The notes under the pieces are model-generated. The model had not been told where the DNA came from. It saw nothing but the letters and a program-made list of their open reading frames with translations, and made no database searches. Made by a program: the position numbers and the translations under genes. A stretch of DNA of 64,000 nt from a virus: positions 27,070-91,069 of IMG/VR virus record IMGVR_UViG_3300020394_000267; one strand, written 5' to 3'. Positions within the stretch are counted from its first letter, which is position 1; each line of letters opens with the position of its first letter. Below, one piece after another: positions 37,170-47,270 of this stretch.

Positions 37170-39346
37170 TCGTATTGACTCCTAATCATTTTTCGGATTG
37201 TTCCGTGATTACTTTTAGACAAATTGTATATTAATCTCGCGTTATCGTCAAGTTTATTTTCATAAACAATGTAATTGACATTATAAAAGTCTCCATCTGT
37301 TAAATTTGACTCGTAATATGAACCTAAATCTACCGAACTCTGAAGTGAAGCGATTGCTGCCGTTTGTCCAGAAGCAACTTTGTTGGAATTTTCCCTTTTT
37401 TGTTGTGCCACTTGTTCTGAAATAACCTCGGCAAGAGATTTTCGTGGCGCCTCTTGCTCTGGTTGTACCGTCATTGTCTCTACTGGAATGATTGTTACAC
37501 CCACAACTGGGTTCCCTGTAGAGAGTAAGTTGTTTTCTATCTCCATTTGCATTTGTTCTGACTGTGTTTCTACTGACATTTCATTCATTTCTGCATTTTG
37601 TTCTAGTGTTTCTACCGTGATTCCACTCATATTAGAGAAAAGTTGGGTGTCTGCACTAAAAAATTGTTGGTTCATCATGCTTACATTGTTTTGTGATGAT
37701 GAAGAAGCACTCTGTTGGTCATTTTGAGCAGTTTCGATAGTTTCTGAAATCGTGCCTGGCCCAGAATCGGCCGATTTTTCTGACCCACTTGATTGGTTTT
37801 GTCCATTTTCTTGTGATTGACTACCACTATCACCGCCTTTTGATGATTCTTGACTCATTGAAACAGCGCTTTGACTTACTTTTAGTGCATTTCGCGTCTG
37901 AGCCATTGCAATTCTAGTGGCTTTTGGTGAAGTACTTGGTTCAGTGATAGTTTCACTGGTCTCTTCAACTGGATCTTCTTCTAAAATGATTTCATCTAAC
38001 TCTTCTTCTATAATTTCTTCCTCCATAACCTCTTCAAACAGTTCTTCAAGCAATTCTTCCTCTAACACTTCGTCTATTGATGATTCAGTATCAAATAATT
38101 CGTCAAGATACTCATCAACCTCTTCTATATTTTCTTCAATTGCCTCCAACGCATCGGCACGAAACTCTTCCTCGATAACTTCTGGGAGTTCATTAAGGGG
38201 CATGGTGAAAATTCCTTCTTCTTCAAGTAGGACGAATTCAGTATCGGGTGGGGTTTCCAAGAAGACCGCGACTTGTTCATCAAAGAACTCCTCTGGAAGT
38301 CCTGTGAAGAACTCATCGTCTTCTGACATTCCATCAATTCCGCCATCGTCTTCACTGAATCCGTACATTGTTTCTTCGTCTTCATCTGTCATCCACTCCT
38401 CTTCTTCTTCTAAGTTAGCGAGTTGTTCTTCTACAAATGCTTCATAGTAACCGTCACAACCCTCATCATATAATGGGTCTATGTCACATTGTAAATCCGT
38501 GTACGCTTCGTCATATTCGTCACAATTTGTAGAATAAAAAGCATCATTATCACATTGTTGGTCGAAAAATGCATCCGCGTATCCTGTACACGATTCATCA
38601 TGTAGTGGATTTTGTGAACATTGTTGTGCTAAGTAAGCAGCCGCGTAACCATCGCATTGTTGACTTGATAATGGGTCATATGCACATGCTAATCCTTCAC
38701 TTTGATAAGATTTAGTCCCAGCATTTCCTGCCGCTGTACCATAGATGTAATTAGCTTGTTGATTTGCAAAGTATTCGTGTTGTACATACTCATCTTCTGA
38801 TAGGTCACCCATAACACCTATGAATAAACTGTGATTATTAATTTTTAAATCACCGTACTCCATCGCGTAATCTCCAGTTGGAAATATTTCCAGACTAAAT
38901 GTGTTCTCATGGTTCTTATTGTATTCTTCTATTCTCACCCACCAGTATTTTGTTCCATCGGAACTAGTCTTGGAATAGAATCCCCCATCACTATCTTTTT
39001 GTATTAGGTCTGTCCAGAGAGGTGCTATTGCAAAACTAAACTTGTCTTGTTTGTTTGCTGCTATGTTTGCAACTTCTAATCCGTTACAACACCATCCTTT
39101 GTCAGGCCAATTCTGGAAACCAAAGTTTGTTGGGTTTCTAAACATGACAACACCGTTTGCCATCATCCATGAATTAGTAAAGGTTTCTCCATAGAAAGGA
39201 AATGAATGCCCTAATGGTACATTCGCGTAACAATCATCACATATACTATGGACAGTCGCATCTGAAGGAGGCGCAGTATATTGTCCAGCAGCTGGAGCTG
39301 CCAGAAACAATAGTAATCCAAATAATAATGTTTTTATCTTACCCAT
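37166..39346 (-). CDS. Exported protein: nidogen-like N-terminal domain, Cys repeats, acidic and Ser/Gln-rich regions
   Basis: Signal peptide; LGHSFPFYG..NGVV..IAPLWTDL; four C..(D/N)PL....C.GY-type repeats. Confidence 0.7.
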   Translation of the reverse strand: MGKIKTLLFGLLLFLAAPAAGQYTAPPSDATVHSICDDCYANVPLGHSFPFYGETFTNSWMMANGVVMFRNPTNFGFQNWPDKGWCCNGLEVANIAANKQDKFSFAIAPLWTDLIQKDSDGGFYSKTSSDGTKYWWVRIEEYNKNHENTFSLEIFPTGDYAMEYGDLKINNHSLFIGVMGDLSEDEYVQHEYFANQQANYIYGTAAGNAGTKSYQSEGLACAYDPLSSQQCDGYAAAYLAQQCSQNPLHDESCTGYADAFFDQQCDNDAFYSTNCDEYDEAYTDLQCDIDPLYDEGCDGYYEAFVEEQLANLEEEEEWMTDEDEETMYGFSEDDGGIDGMSEDDEFFTGLPEEFFDEQVAVFLETPPDTEFVLLEEEGIFTMPLNELPEVIEEEFRADALEAIEENIEEVDEYLDELFDTESSIDEVLEEELLEELFEEVMEEEIIEEELDEIILEEDPVEETSETITEPSTSPKATRIAMAQTRNALKVSQSAVSMSQESSKGGDSGSQSQENGQNQSSGSEKSADSGPGTISETIETAQNDQQSASSSSQNNVSMMNQQFFSADTQLFSNMSGITVETLEQNAEMNEMSVETQSEQMQMEIENNLLSTGNPVVGVTIIPVETMTVQPEQEAPRKSLAEVISEQVAQQKRENSNKVASGQTAAIASLQSSVDLGSYYESNLTDGDFYNVNYIVYENKLDDNARLIYNLSKSNHGTIRKMIRSQYE

Positions 39347-39807
39347 ATTGTTAACAATGTAAAACAGATTAAGAAAACTGCAAGTACGCCTCCTCCAGCG
39401 ATACCTATAATTTGCATTGTTTCTACTAAATCTGCCTTTCTTTTCCTTTTCTCTCTTTGCAGTCGTTTATCTTCTTCTGCTTCTTCTCTTATCCTATCCG
39501 CTCTTAGTTTTAGTATTTCTTGCCAAGTTCCAAATCCAAATCTCATATCAATGAGGTTTTTCATCTCTTCAATTTGTTCGTTAGCCAACTTCGCATCAAT
39601 AACAGCGTGGGCGGCACTTTTATGAGAACCAATTAAGGTCTTGTTCCCCCATCTTTCTTTATTGATTTGTTGTTGACCATTTAACGCATTGTCAACCATA
39701 TCAAAAATTTGACTTATGTCTTGAGCGGTATTAATGTTCTTTTTAATAAACTCAACACTTTGTTGCACCAAAGCAATTCCCGCTAATGCGGTTGATACTG
39801 GTTCCAT
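39334..39807 (-). CDS. Conserved phage membrane protein
   Basis: MEPVSTALAGIALV, RFGFGTWQEI, C-terminal TM helix. Confidence 0.7.
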   Translation of the reverse strand: MEPVSTALAGIALVQQSVEFIKKNINTAQDISQIFDMVDNALNGQQQINKERWGNKTLIGSHKSAAHAVIDAKLANEQIEEMKNLIDMRFGFGTWQEILKLRADRIREEAEEDKRLQREKRKRKADLVETMQIIGIAGGGVLAVFLICFTLLTIWVR

Positions 39808-39818
39808 AGTGGATTTCC

Positions 39819-40940
39819 TTATTCGTCAATTGAACACACCTCTTCATCGGGATTTAACTGACAGAAGTCATCCTTCTTGTAGACATTATATTCTACCTTT
39901 CTTCCTTGTTTATCTCTATACCATCCAGCGACTTCTTCTTCCTCAATGAGAGAATCTTTAGGTGCTACAGCAGGATGCATCTTCCATGCATTTAATGCCT
40001 CATCACCTATCTTACCTCTATATGGGCAGGGCGTGCCGGCCATTAGCATCGCATTGAACACGCGAGCATCTTGGCACATCAAAGATACAGCAGCTACCTT
40101 CATCCCCATGTCGTATAAACCGCGGCTTAATTTAATCCTTTCGCAGTTTTCATCTCGTACTGTTTTACCAGCACTAATACCGAACACTTGAGTTTGTACC
40201 GCTCCACCGACACCTGTGGTACACAAGTCTTGTGAATAAGACCCACCTATTGCCGGCGCAATAGCGCTCGGGGGCGGTGACTTAATTTCTTGTTTTATCT
40301 TCTGGTCTGAGTGGTTCACATTAATGTTTTCATTCTTGTTGTTTGATGTAACATTTGAATCACTCGTACTTGTACTAGTATTGACATTATTGTTATTATT
40401 GGTGTTATTGTTGGTGTTACTAGTCGTAGTATTATTAGTAATATTACTCGTGTTATTGCTTGTGCTATTGGAAGTAACATTACTAGTATTATTATTCGTA
40501 TTCGTTTGATTCACCGTCTGGTTAACAGTACTATTATTTGTATTGGTATTGTTACTAGTGCTATTAATAGTATTGTTATTAGTATTGATATTGGTGTTGG
40601 TGCTAGTTCCAGTATAAGTCGTATTATTGTTATTGTTATTAGTATTAGTACTCGTACCAGTATAATTGGTTGTGTTCACATTAGTATTGCTATTGGTGTT
40701 CACATTGGTATTGCTACCAGTATATGTGGTAGTGTTAGTATTATTATTGGTGTTGCTATTGGTATTTGTACCAGTATAATTTGTCGTATTATTATTGGTG
40801 TTATTGTTGGTATTGGTGTTGTTCGTTGTGCTATTCACAGTGCTATTACTAGTGGTATTCACTGTGCTAGTATCCGCCATAGCTGGGCCCGCTATCAACA
40901 GCCCGCCAATCAATAGACAGACATGTTTCCTAAATTTCAT
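39819..40940 (-). CDS. Exported Asn/Thr-repeat protein with Cys-containing C-terminal domain
   Basis: Signal peptide AMA-D; ~190-aa N/T repeat; PPPSAIAP, DLC, DENCERIKLS, MKVAAVSLMCQD, GTPCP. Confidence 0.75.
   Translation of the reverse strand: MKFRKHVCLLIGGLLIAGPAMADTSTVNTTSNSTVNSTTNNTNTNNNTNNNTTNYTGTNTNSNTNNNTNTTTYTGSNTNVNTNSNTNVNTTNYTGTSTNTNNNNNNTTYTGTSTNTNINTNNNTINSTSNNTNTNNSTVNQTVNQTNTNNNTSNVTSNSTSNNTSNITNNTTTSNTNNNTNNNNNVNTSTSTSDSNVTSNNKNENINVNHSDQKIKQEIKSPPPSAIAPAIGGSYSQDLCTTGVGGAVQTQVFGISAGKTVRDENCERIKLSRGLYDMGMKVAAVSLMCQDARVFNAMLMAGTPCPYRGKIGDEALNAWKMHPAVAPKDSLIEEEEVAGWYRDKQGRKVEYNVYKKDDFCQLNPDEEVCSIDE
40320..40870. repeat. Low-complexity Asn/Thr coding repeat
   Basis: TTG/TTA/GTA triplet repeats encoding TNxNxN and TxYTG units. 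Confidence 0.8.
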
Positions 40941-40992
40941 TTTTCTCCTCGTTGGAATGTTAAATCAACCATCCCGAATTGAAGAAATCTGC

Positions 40993-41073
40993 TTGACTTC
41001 CTCTCTCACTTATGTTATAGTATACACTATTGTGACTATTTATAAAGTAGCGCTTCGTTCAGCGATATAAATA
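40993..41073. promoter_or_regulatory. Divergent promoter region: sigma70 TTGACT-N17-TATAGT (+); late TATAAATA at 41066-41073 (+) and 41037-41044 (-)
   Basis: Motifs read directly between divergent operons. Confidence 0.7.
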
Positions 41074-41079
41074 TGGCGT

Positions 41080-41811
41080 ATGAAGAAAATAATTGACAGA
41101 TTGTTAAGACCTACCCCTATCAGTCTACTGGTAGGGCAGACTATAGCCCAAATTTCAGTCATACCCATGTTCTTCATTGGTACACCTGTAACTTGGGCGA
41201 TTTGTGCATTTATGTACTTTGGAATCATGACTTTTGGTATCACAATGGGATATCATCGATACTGGAGTCACTATAGTTTCAAATGTTCTAAATGGTTAGA
41301 ATATGTTATGATGTTTTTTGCCCACATTATGATGGTTGGCCCAGCACTAGCATGGGTTGCTCAACACAGGGAACACCATGACCACGCGGATACAGATAAA
41401 GACCCACACTCACCAGAGTATCAAGGATTCATTCGTTGTTACTACTCACAAGTGATGTCTTTACCTAAAATGCAATATGTAAAGAAAGATTTATTGAGGG
41501 ATGAATTATGCAAAACACAGCATCGTTATTACTGGCATTTCTTGCTACTATGGCTATCTGTTCTTATTCTATTTGGTGGTATTGAAGCAATCATATATGC
41601 ATGGTTAGCTCCAGCAGGATTTGCCAAATTAATAGGGTCAATAGTTTTTGTTCACTCACATAGAGGGGGAAAACCTCGTAGTGATTACTGGTTGGGAATG
41701 GTTACATTCGGTGAAGGGTTTCACGCGAAACATCATGAAGAACCTTGGAGTTGGGACTTTCACCGTTGGGATATAGGTGGAAAAATTATTCGGTTATTAA
41801 AACATGCTTAG
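41080..41811 (+). CDS. Membrane fatty acid desaturase (delta-9/DesC-like)
   Basis: His boxes HRYWSH, HREHH, GEGFHAKHH; DPHSP. Confidence 0.9.
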   Translation: MKKIIDRLLRPTPISLLVGQTIAQISVIPMFFIGTPVTWAICAFMYFGIMTFGITMGYHRYWSHYSFKCSKWLEYVMMFFAHIMMVGPALAWVAQHREHHDHADTDKDPHSPEYQGFIRCYYSQVMSLPKMQYVKKDLLRDELCKTQHRYYWHFLLLWLSVLILFGGIEAIIYAWLAPAGFAKLIGSIVFVHSHRGGKPRSDYWLGMVTFGEGFHAKHHEEPWSWDFHRWDIGGKIIRLLKHA

Positions 41812-42514
41812 AAAAAGAGATTTACCTACAGTTGCAAAACTAGACATAGAATTTGATATTGATAAAATAAAACATTACATAGACTCATTAGACCAAGGTG
41901 GATGGGGTGATGTATATGAATCAAATGAGGGAATTACTAATTTTGCTAATGCAGACTTTATAAGAGGTCTGGAATATAATGATTTTAAAGAATACCCATG
42001 TCAATACCTTAGACCAGAATACTGGGAAGAAATGAAGAATCCTAGTTTAGACTTGGGCAAGAGTAAAACAGAAGTTTATAGAAACAAACATGAGAGAACC
42101 AATAAACTCTCTCCAGTTGGTAATGAACACATGTGGGATTATGACATGCCTCATTATAGAGGAAGTTATATTCAAAGACACATCACAGAAAACTTCAAGG
42201 CGGAGTCTTGTAGGACAAGAATTCACTGGTTACCAAAAGGTAAACAGATACAACCACATATTGATTATGATGCTTCTTATGCGGTTAGAATTGTCGTACC
42301 TATATCGGGTACAGACAATGTTATAAATGCCTTCTGGCCGAAAAACCAGAGGGAAGAATATAACTTGAAAGCAGATGGTTCAGCTTATTTTATAAACATC
42401 GGTTACAAACATGCCGTTGAACATAATGGAAGTGAAGATAGAATTGCTTTGTTATTTACATTGAAGAGCCAAGAAGATGTGGAAGATTACGCCATACAAA
42501 AAGAAGTACAGTAA
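41804..42514 (+). CDS. 2OG-Fe(II) oxygenase (Asp/Asn beta-hydroxylase-like)
   Basis: PHIDY...KHAVEHNGSEDRI. Confidence 0.75.
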   Translation: MLRKRDLPTVAKLDIEFDIDKIKHYIDSLDQGGWGDVYESNEGITNFANADFIRGLEYNDFKEYPCQYLRPEYWEEMKNPSLDLGKSKTEVYRNKHERTNKLSPVGNEHMWDYDMPHYRGSYIQRHITENFKAESCRTRIHWLPKGKQIQPHIDYDASYAVRIVVPISGTDNVINAFWPKNQREEYNLKADGSAYFINIGYKHAVEHNGSEDRIALLFTLKSQEDVEDYAIQKEVQ

Positions 42515-43055
42515 ACAATGGGAACAATTTAGAGAACAAGCTCTTAATGAAGGCAATGATTCTCTAATAAAAGAAAAGTTAGACCCAGAAAACCTAGATG
42601 GTATCCTTCATCTTCTATGGGAAGATGGGGAACTCGCCTCTTGTCAAGCTGCTGAGGTTGACCATTATACAGATAACCCCACTGCAATCAGAATGTGTAG
42701 ATTGCATACACTGAAACAATTCAGAAGAACAACATATGGGATGCCTCTCACCAAAGTTCAAATTGATTGGGCGAGAGACATGGGATATGAACATATTTGG
42801 GCGTCAGTCGATGTTAACCGTGTTGGTTATAACGCGATATGGCAGAACAAAAGAAAATCACCAAACTATCAAGATTGGAAAGAAGATTTTGATACTTGGT
42901 GGAAAGATATAATATGGAACAAGAAATATTTGTTTAAGGTTGACCCTGTAGCAGAGTATTATCAGTACATCTATGTTATTAATTTAGTGAACAAGGAATT
43001 CATTCCTAAAAAGAATGTTGTTCCTTTTAATTCGGAGATACGAAATGCACATTGA
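42477..43055 (+). CDS. GNAT-like acyltransferase
   Basis: RLHTLKQFRR...QIDWARDMGYEHIWASV. Confidence 0.55.
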   Translation: MWKITPYKKKYSKQWEQFREQALNEGNDSLIKEKLDPENLDGILHLLWEDGELASCQAAEVDHYTDNPTAIRMCRLHTLKQFRRTTYGMPLTKVQIDWARDMGYEHIWASVDVNRVGYNAIWQNKRKSPNYQDWKEDFDTWWKDIIWNKKYLFKVDPVAEYYQYIYVINLVNKEFIPKKNVVPFNSEIRNAH

Positions 43056-43638
43056 ACATGAAACAGTCGCAAGATGGTTTAATTATGTTAGAGAAAAATC
43101 GAACCCTCGATTTACAGAATGTTTCTGGGATACACAATTAAAATCCAAAGCAGAAATTATAGACAACATACCACAACACTTTCACGGTAACTATTACCTT
43201 TTTGGTGGATGGTTTGGGGTTCTTGCTCATTTACTTAATGACAATATAGTTGCAGATGAAATATACACGGTTGATATTGACCCAATGTGTAAAGAGGTCG
43301 GAGATGTATATTTTCTCAATGCAAACATAACATATGTCACAGATGATATGTGTAACTTTGAGTACCCAAAAAAACCAGATGTTGTTATAAACACCAGCAC
43401 CGAACATTTACACCAGTATGACTATCAAAAATGGTGGGACAACATTCCAGAAGGAACCTTTTATGCAGTACAGGGGAATGACCTTGATATACCAGAACAT
43501 GTTCGTTCATTTAAATCACTCGCGTACTTCTTGGAATGGAATAGATGCACAAACACATGTTACGAGTCAGCAATAGAATTGCCTGGCCCTAACAACTCAA
43601 CTTATACTAGATTTACAGCAATGGGGTACAAAGCATGA
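43045..43638 (+). CDS. Class I SAM-dependent methyltransferase-like protein
   Basis: FGGWFGVL, VDIDP, VINTSTEH. Confidence 0.7.
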   Translation: MHIEHETVARWFNYVREKSNPRFTECFWDTQLKSKAEIIDNIPQHFHGNYYLFGGWFGVLAHLLNDNIVADEIYTVDIDPMCKEVGDVYFLNANITYVTDDMCNFEYPKKPDVVINTSTEHLHQYDYQKWWDNIPEGTFYAVQGNDLDIPEHVRSFKSLAYFLEWNRCTNTCYESAIELPGPNNSTYTRFTAMGYKA

Positions 43639-44408
43639 ATGTAGCAATACTTGGTTATGGATTTTGTGGGAAGGCTACTGAGCGTATGCTTAGAACATGT
43701 AAAGAAATAAAACGAATTCAAATTCAAGACCCAAAATATGATAAAAAAATATCACCAGACGAATGGGACTTGATTGACTATGCTTTTGTTTGTGTTCCAA
43801 CACCACTAATACAAAACTACAGTGTAATGGATCATTTTTACAATGGAAATGAGTTTGATATGTCTATTGTCCATAAAGCAATAGAAGATGTACCAGACAG
43901 AACAAGAATAGTTATCCGTAGCACAGTTGGCCCAGATAATTTAGAAAAAGGTTGGATTCACTGGCCTGAATTCTTGCGAGAAAATAATTGGGAAGAGGAT
44001 GCAGATGATAAATCAATTCCTTTTATATTAGGTGTAGACCACGATGATAAAGATGCAATTAATGATTTAGTTTGGTTAATGAAAGACCGAGATGGGGTAC
44101 TTGTTAATCCAAAAGTGGCTGCAACTTATAAGTTGTCTAGGAACGCGATGTTAGCTGCCAAAGTAACCATGGCAAACTACATTCACAAAGTATGCGAAGA
44201 ACAAAATATATCATATGGGTCTGTAGCAGGGTTATTAAAAGACCATGCAAATTTAGGAACATCTCACTGGGATGTGCCAGGCCCCGATGGTCAATATGGT
44301 TTTGGTGGTTCTTGTTTTCCAAAAGACACCACACACTTTGCTTCAATGTTAGGTAATCAAAGTAACATCTTTACTCATGTCTTGAGGTGCAATGAACGAA
44401 GTCGCTAA
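43635..44408 (+). CDS. UDP-glucose/GDP-mannose dehydrogenase family protein (short form)
   Basis: GYGFCG, FVCVPTP, IRSTV, PEFLRE, GFGGSCFPKD. Confidence 0.88.
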   Translation: MNVAILGYGFCGKATERMLRTCKEIKRIQIQDPKYDKKISPDEWDLIDYAFVCVPTPLIQNYSVMDHFYNGNEFDMSIVHKAIEDVPDRTRIVIRSTVGPDNLEKGWIHWPEFLRENNWEEDADDKSIPFILGVDHDDKDAINDLVWLMKDRDGVLVNPKVAATYKLSRNAMLAAKVTMANYIHKVCEEQNISYGSVAGLLKDHANLGTSHWDVPGPDGQYGFGGSCFPKDTTHFASMLGNQSNIFTHVLRCNERSR

Positions 44409-45669
44409 ATACCTAGATGATATTACAAGAAGAAACAACGCAATCGGTAAGGGATTCTGTGTTCTAAAGTGGTGGCATTTAGAAATGCATTTGGGTACAG
44501 GTAATTATCATTCCTGTTTTCATTGTCCACAACAAAATCTTAAACTTGATGAAGATATGCATAATACTCTTCACAAGATGCAACAAAGAAAAACTATGTT
44601 GGAAGGTGGGAGACCAGATGAATGTTCTTATTGTTGGAAGGCAGAAGATGTTGGTGCGGTAAGTCCTAGAACAACCCTTACTCCAATATACACGCAGATG
44701 GAAGAGGATATCATTGAAACCACTGCTAACTTAAAGTGGGATGAATATGTGTATCCAAAGTATTTGGAGATGAGTTTTTCAAATACATGTCAAATGAAAT
44801 GTTCCTATTGCGCTCCGTCTTTGAGTTCTACCTTGTTACAAGAAATTAAAAAGGAAGGTGCGTATCCTCTCGCAGACCCAGAGAATCGTGGACAATATGA
44901 ATTAAATGGAACTGAGGAACTTTATAAGGATGATGATAACCCCTTGTTGGATAAGTTTTGGGATTGGTTTAGTGAGGCAAGAAAACATCTTGATACATTG
45001 AGAATAACAGGCGGAGAACCCTTGTTACATAAAAGTACATTTGATATGATGGATAGATTGCGTGGAGAGTCTATCAACTTTCATATAAACAGTAATTTAT
45101 CAGTATCGAATAGAAGAGTAACAGAAGCATGTAACTTGTTACCAGCGAAGTCTAAAGTGTATGCTAGTGTAGATACATTTGGAAAACAGGCAGAGTGGAT
45201 TAGACACGGACTTAACTGGGATTTATTTGACCAGAATGTTCTTACTGTTATCAATCACAAAATACCATTGAGTTTTATGACAACATTCTGTTTATTAAGT
45301 ATACCTAGATTCAAAGACTTTTTATATTATATCGTACAACTAAAAGATATAGGGGATGTATTGATTGATACACCGTTTATGACAAACCCGCCACATTTGT
45401 CATGTCTTATAATGGATGATGATATGAGAGAAACATTAGAAGATAGTTATCAGTTTATGTCATATAACAGTGAGTTTAACCACGCGGAAGTCGTAAAATT
45501 TGAAAGACTATTGAAATGGGTGGATGCAAATAGGTTCACTGGAGAACGCCTAAATAGTCACAGAAAGGATTTTAAAACATTTGTCGATGAACATGATAGA
45601 CGCAGAGGCACAAATTGGCATGATGCGTTCCCAGAGTTGACATATTTTTATGAGTTATGTGATGCCTGA
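44392..45669 (+). CDS. Radical SAM protein with N-terminal twitch domain (1 of 7)
   Basis: FCVLKW..SCFHC..ECSYCW; CQMKCSYC; TGGEP. Confidence 0.9.
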   Translation: MNEVAKYLDDITRRNNAIGKGFCVLKWWHLEMHLGTGNYHSCFHCPQQNLKLDEDMHNTLHKMQQRKTMLEGGRPDECSYCWKAEDVGAVSPRTTLTPIYTQMEEDIIETTANLKWDEYVYPKYLEMSFSNTCQMKCSYCAPSLSSTLLQEIKKEGAYPLADPENRGQYELNGTEELYKDDDNPLLDKFWDWFSEARKHLDTLRITGGEPLLHKSTFDMMDRLRGESINFHINSNLSVSNRRVTEACNLLPAKSKVYASVDTFGKQAEWIRHGLNWDLFDQNVLTVINHKIPLSFMTTFCLLSIPRFKDFLYYIVQLKDIGDVLIDTPFMTNPPHLSCLIMDDDMRETLEDSYQFMSYNSEFNHAEVVKFERLLKWVDANRFTGERLNSHRKDFKTFVDEHDRRRGTNWHDAFPELTYFYELCDA

Positions 45670-47050
45670 AAACAAACCCAATGAATACTGGATAGAACAG
45701 TTAAAAGAAAAACGAGAAAAGATTAATCAAATTAGTCCTTCTTTTTGTTCTGCTAAATGGTTACAGACTACTCTCTATTTGCAGAATGGGTATAATCACT
45801 CTTGTCACCATCCCTCGCCTCATAAAATACCAGTAAAAGAAGTATTAGAGAATCCAGCAGCTCTTCATAATAGTAATTATAAGAAGCAACAAAGAATCAA
45901 AATGATTAATGGTGAAAGACCCAAAGAGTGTGATTATTGCTGGAGAATAGAAGACCAAGGTAAGGGACACTTTTCTGACCGTCATTATAAAACTGCTGAT
46001 TGGTGGTCATGGGATAAGGTTGATGTTATTGCAACTGATAACCCCACAAAAGATGTCTACCCAACATACCTAGAGGTGTCGTTTTCAAACGCATGTAATT
46101 TCGCGTGTGCATATTGTTCACCAGAAATAAGTTCTGAGTGGATGAAAGATATAGAAAAAAATGGTGACTACCCTGTAGAGTTTGGTTCTGGTAATCTTGA
46201 CTATTTGAGACAAGTAGAAAAGTTTCCATATAAACACTCTGACCCCAATCCATATGTAGATGCATTTTGGAAATGGTTCCCAGAGGCGCTTCCTCATTTG
46301 AGAGTGTTTCGTATTACTGGTGGTGAACCCACTATGAGTAAAGATGTATGGAAGGTATTGGATTACATATATGAAAATGCTCAACCAGAATTGTCTATTG
46401 CAATCAATAGTAATCTTGGTACAACACCAAAATTGATACAGAGACTTGTTGACTCATGTAACAAATTAAGAGACAAAGTTAAACAAATTGAGATATATAC
46501 AAGTGCGGAGGCAATTGGAGAACAGGCAGAATATATAAGAGATGGAATGGATTATGATTATTGGCGTTCTAATGTAGAAAAGGTTTTAACAGAAACAGAC
46601 GCGAATGTAGCAATCATGACTACATTGAACATATTGAGTATGACTACATTTGAAAACTTCATTGAAGACATAATGCAGTTAAGAATCAAGTATAATAAAG
46701 ATTTAGCGAATAATAGAATACCGTTAAGTATAAACTATTTGAGATTCCCCCCTCATTTACAATGTACTCTATTGGATAGAAATACCAGAATATCCTATGC
46801 ATCTGATTATGAACTAATAGCAAAGGTTTGGTTGAAGTACAATTCACCAGACAAGTTCGCAAGAATTTATTTGGAAGAGTATGACCAGATACAAAGGTTC
46901 TGTGAATATCTTAGGCAAGAACACAAAGGTGCTGAAAAATATAGAGCAGACTTTGTAAATTATATAAAAGCCTACGATATCAGAAGGTCGAAAAACTTTA
47001 GCAAAACTTTTCCAGAATATAAACATTTATTGGAGTGGTGGGATGCCTAA
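45650..47050 (+). CDS. Radical SAM protein with N-terminal twitch domain (2 of 7)
   Basis: FCSAKW..SCHHP..ECDYCW; CNFACAYC; TGGEP. Confidence 0.9.
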   Translation: MSYVMPENKPNEYWIEQLKEKREKINQISPSFCSAKWLQTTLYLQNGYNHSCHHPSPHKIPVKEVLENPAALHNSNYKKQQRIKMINGERPKECDYCWRIEDQGKGHFSDRHYKTADWWSWDKVDVIATDNPTKDVYPTYLEVSFSNACNFACAYCSPEISSEWMKDIEKNGDYPVEFGSGNLDYLRQVEKFPYKHSDPNPYVDAFWKWFPEALPHLRVFRITGGEPTMSKDVWKVLDYIYENAQPELSIAINSNLGTTPKLIQRLVDSCNKLRDKVKQIEIYTSAEAIGEQAEYIRDGMDYDYWRSNVEKVLTETDANVAIMTTLNILSMTTFENFIEDIMQLRIKYNKDLANNRIPLSINYLRFPPHLQCTLLDRNTRISYASDYELIAKVWLKYNSPDKFARIYLEEYDQIQRFCEYLRQEHKGAEKYRADFVNYIKAYDIRRSKNFSKTFPEYKHLLEWWDA

Positions 47051-47270
47051 AAAATACATTCATGTAAACATGCACAAAATTCGTGCTAATAAAAAACATG
47101 GGACAAACGAACCTGTTCTTACAGTAAAAGAGGGAAGAAAAAATACTTATGGACATAGTGTAAAGATACATGGCCCGAGTGAAGTAATATATGGTGGCAA
47201 TGATAAACCATTGTTACCCTGTGGGGCAAGAGTTGTTATAATGACAGAAGCGGAGATTGAAATTGAATAA
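47043..47270 (+). CDS. Conserved small phage protein
   Basis: IHVN.HKIRAN.K...KPLLPCGARV motif. Confidence 0.7.
   Translation: MPKKYIHVNMHKIRANKKHGTNEPVLTVKEGRKNTYGHSVKIHGPSEVIYGGNDKPLLPCGARVVIMTEAEIEIE

Noticed and set aside
40320-40870. CRISPR array or non-coding tandem repeat
   Set aside because: Triplet-periodic coding repeat with no repeat-spacer structure
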